NCBI GenBank assembly: GCA_965603825.1
Contig: CBFDEM010000054.1
Coordinates: 620,001 to 684,000 of the forward strand
DNA: 64,000 nucleotides
Reading direction: 5' to 3'
From: Blepharisma stoltei ATCC 30299
Lineage: Eukaryota; Protista; Ciliophora
The number at the start of each line of letters is the position of its first letter. Within the stretch, counting starts at the first letter, position 1. The notes below the pieces were generated by a model that had not been told where the DNA came from, did no database searches, and saw only the letters and a program-made list of their open reading frames with translations. The translations under genes and the position numbers were made by a program. Positions 61,451 to 64,000 of the stretch are shown piece by piece.

Positions 61451-63056
61451 ATGTTAAAAAGCCTTCCCTCTAGCCTAATCGATTTTTTCTCTTCGAATCA
61501 AGCAACATTTATAAGATCGTTAGACTCCCGAAACCAAGATATCATAGCGAACGAGCTCGATTTAATTCTGAATGAAGCTAACTTCACAAGCTGAATCTCT
61601 TCTGAGCCAAAAAAAGCTTTCAAAGTGCTTATGAGCGTTGGGTATCCAAGCTTTTTAGGATGTGTGGATTACTCCAGTCTCAAAGATTTAGTCGATTCAG
61701 AGTATGCTGATATCGTTCTTGAGTTCCTTTGCAAAGTTAGCACTGATCTTCCAGAATTTATTAAGGATAGAGTCAAAACAGAATTAACTAAGCTGCTGGA
61801 AGAGTTAGATTGGGAGCATCTTGATCCTTATGATATACTTTATTATAACACAGAAGACCAGTCTCACAAACTATTGCCTTTGCTGATAACTTTCGGTATA
61901 AGATTTAATCTAGAGGAAACTGTGAGCTTAATAAATAATGAAAAATTTAGATTTTTCTTGGACTGATTGATCCAAGAAAAAGATGACTTTTTATGGGCAG
62001 AGCTTTATTTACTTATTATGAGTAGCTTGGCTGAATATAATTTTAATCTATTTTTCAATGCTGAAATCGCAAAAGCAGCAAGTGATATTTACTGGCTCAA
62101 AAAATCCGTTCAAGGCAAGATTTGGTATGCTTGATGGAAATCCTAGCAAAATATAATTGTGTATGAATACCTGAATTAAAAGAAGATGATACTTTTTTCC
62201 AAAAAATTTGAAATTTCATGTTTGATATAAATAATGAGCACGATATATCCCTCTTTTTAACATTGTGCTCTCAGTCATATGAATTTACAGTTGTTTGCTT
62301 CGATAAGTTAATTGACTTCTATTCTGCTAATCCAGATATTAACGAAGATAAAATCATTACTGTACTCAGCTTGCACGAAAAATTAATGATTTATGCGAAT
62401 ATAGGCAGCTCACTTGAGTATCCAAAATTTGCCCAAATTGTTGATCAATTGTTTAAAAAGGGCAAAACATGGCGCTATTTAATTACTTTTGTTGACAATC
62501 AATTAAATTCTCAATTATATATGAGTGAGTTTTTAGACATTTACTTTAAAAAGCTCTCAACTGGAGCTGCTGGAAAAGGAAAAGATAAAACTGTAATAAA
62601 ACAAATGATAATATATACTTTAGCTAGTAATGCCAGAGAAAGCACAAATAAAAGAGAGATAATAAGGGAATATCTATACTATTTGATGAATTATTTGGCA
62701 GAAAATACATTCACACGTAGAGAGATCGATAATTATTGCACTTGAATTGAGCAAATTAGTTATTACATACCAAGTTTATATGAATTTATAATGCATTTAG
62801 CATCAGAAGAGTTAAAAAAAGCAAAGGATGCAGATGATATTGACCATCAATCTTGTTTGGGAACTTTGCAAATAAAGTGAATGATGAGCAGATAAGCTTT
62901 ATTACTGATATAACCAATTGGAATATGAGTTTAGATAAGTTTAAATCAAAATTAAAGCAGTTCAACTCTGACTCATCAACTTACTATCAATTATGCAGAG
63001 ATCAGTACTATTCTATTGATAGAACACCTCATATAAATACTTCTTGCTGATGCTAG
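61451..63056 (+). pseudogene. Array unit 5 (frameshift near 62055; large deletion near 62848 removes HExxH)
   Basis: N-terminal part nearly identical to unit 3; jumps from DDIDH directly to SILFG. Confidence 0.82.
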
Positions 63057-63561
63057 AAATTCGTTGCTAGTTTAATTAATAAGAGATTATTAGCTTATTT
63101 TGATAATATGTAAGATTTAAGAAACTTTTAATTTAAAATCGAAAATAATATTTTTGTAAAAGTAAATCCATAAAACAAAATTATTTTTAAAGGATATGTG
63201 ACTTCTTGTTTGGGCTAATAAGAACACCAAATTCTTTTAAAAAAATACATAATTTTTAAAAAAATATACTGCTGAGCATTTCGGCAACCTTTTTTAATCT
63301 TTTCTTTGGAGCGTGCATTCATGGATTCATTGTTACCAAGCTTTATAATTCAATAAAATAATATATCTTATCAAAATCATAGGATAAAAATTGATGAAAT
63401 AAATCTTTGAATAGTAAAAACTTAATGGAGCCTTATAATAGACTTATTTTTATATAAATTAAGCTATTAAAAATATCTGTAAAGTGAACAATCCTTTTTC
63501 ATAATTCTGATTCCCAGTCATAAATTCGCTATCTGATAAGTCGTTAGGCTGAATATAATAT

Positions 63562-64000
63562 AGCTAAATGATGCAACAAAAATAGAATGCTGAATTCGCT
63601 CAGTATTAATCAAAAAAGGTGTTCCAAATATTCTCGCAAAAACTTTTTTACCAAATGAAGCTAATTTTATCAAGCAGATCCTACAAAAATTATCAACCTC
63701 ATTTCCATTTCAAATTATATTCAATAATAATAATAATAATATTTTGACTGAAGCTAACTCTTATTCTTCCGAAATGATTGGAAGCGTTTGTAAGCCTGCT
63801 TCTTGATCTGATAAAGTTCTTTTCTTATCAATTGTGGAATCTACAGTGGCACGCGCAGCTTTTACAGAGTATGGGTATGATCTTACAAGTGCAGTTGGAT
63901 TTGAAGAAAAAACATTTTATGTAAATTTACCTTTAAAAATTCATAGTGTGACCGTCTTAGGAGGAATTATTCTAATCAATGCAATAAACAAGAAGAAAGA
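63562..64000 (+). pseudogene. Array unit 6 fragment (5'-truncated, unit-4-like, runs off the window)
   Basis: Starts abruptly at AGCTAAATGATGCAACAAAA; shares unit 4's AAT-microhomology deletion. Confidence 0.8.

Larger units (their letters stand above)
47466..64000 (+). repeat. Tandem array of six paralogous HExxH-protein gene units (~2.7 kb unit)
   Basis: Near-identical starts at 47466, 50208, 52953, 56781 and 61451, plus a 5'-truncated unit from ~63562; spacer sequences are shared. Confidence 0.95.

Noticed and set aside
47466-64000. CRISPR-like or satellite array
   Set aside because: The repeats are kilobase-scale paralogous genes, not short repeat-spacer units.
1-64000. Window being full germline (micronuclear) sequence
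   Set aside because: Only two IES-like inserts in about 45 kb of coding DNA, with most genes uninterrupted, fits somatic DNA with occasional retention.

Overview
Gene-dense, AT-rich eukaryotic DNA from a heterotrich ciliate, most likely Blepharisma and apparently somatic (macronuclear). Three things point to this: TGA encodes Trp (so the standard-code ORF track fragments many genes), all introns found are 15 nt (GTA-N5-TA-NN-TAG), and intergenic gaps are as short as 11-30 bp. Positions 1-46.8 kb hold about 24 protein genes: EF-hand/WD40, Cys-less glutaredoxin-like, a 1332-aa protein with two tandem polycystin/PKD2 channel repeats, YME1, DYRK-like kinase, beta-helix protein, RRP4, CTD phosphatase, B-box/Kelch, BI-1, DLD, sorting nexin, centrin, PKG, CCT protein, ArfGAP, NOC4, TRIP12-like HECT E3, DHHC, cNMP-binding protein, TTC5 and three hypotheticals. 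One complete compact rDNA unit (16.2-21.3 kb) lies directly between protein genes. Two genes are interrupted by TA-bounded IES-like inserts (110 bp, and 174 bp with terminal inverted repeats), and both genes also carry a second lesion. Positions 47.4-64 kb are a tandem array of six copies of an uncharacterised ~840-aa HExxH protein gene. One copy is intact and five are damaged, the copies are mosaics of each other, the array captured the TTC5 3' end, and it hosts a 5'-truncated non-LTR retrotransposon. All calls are from manual reading; no database searches were run.
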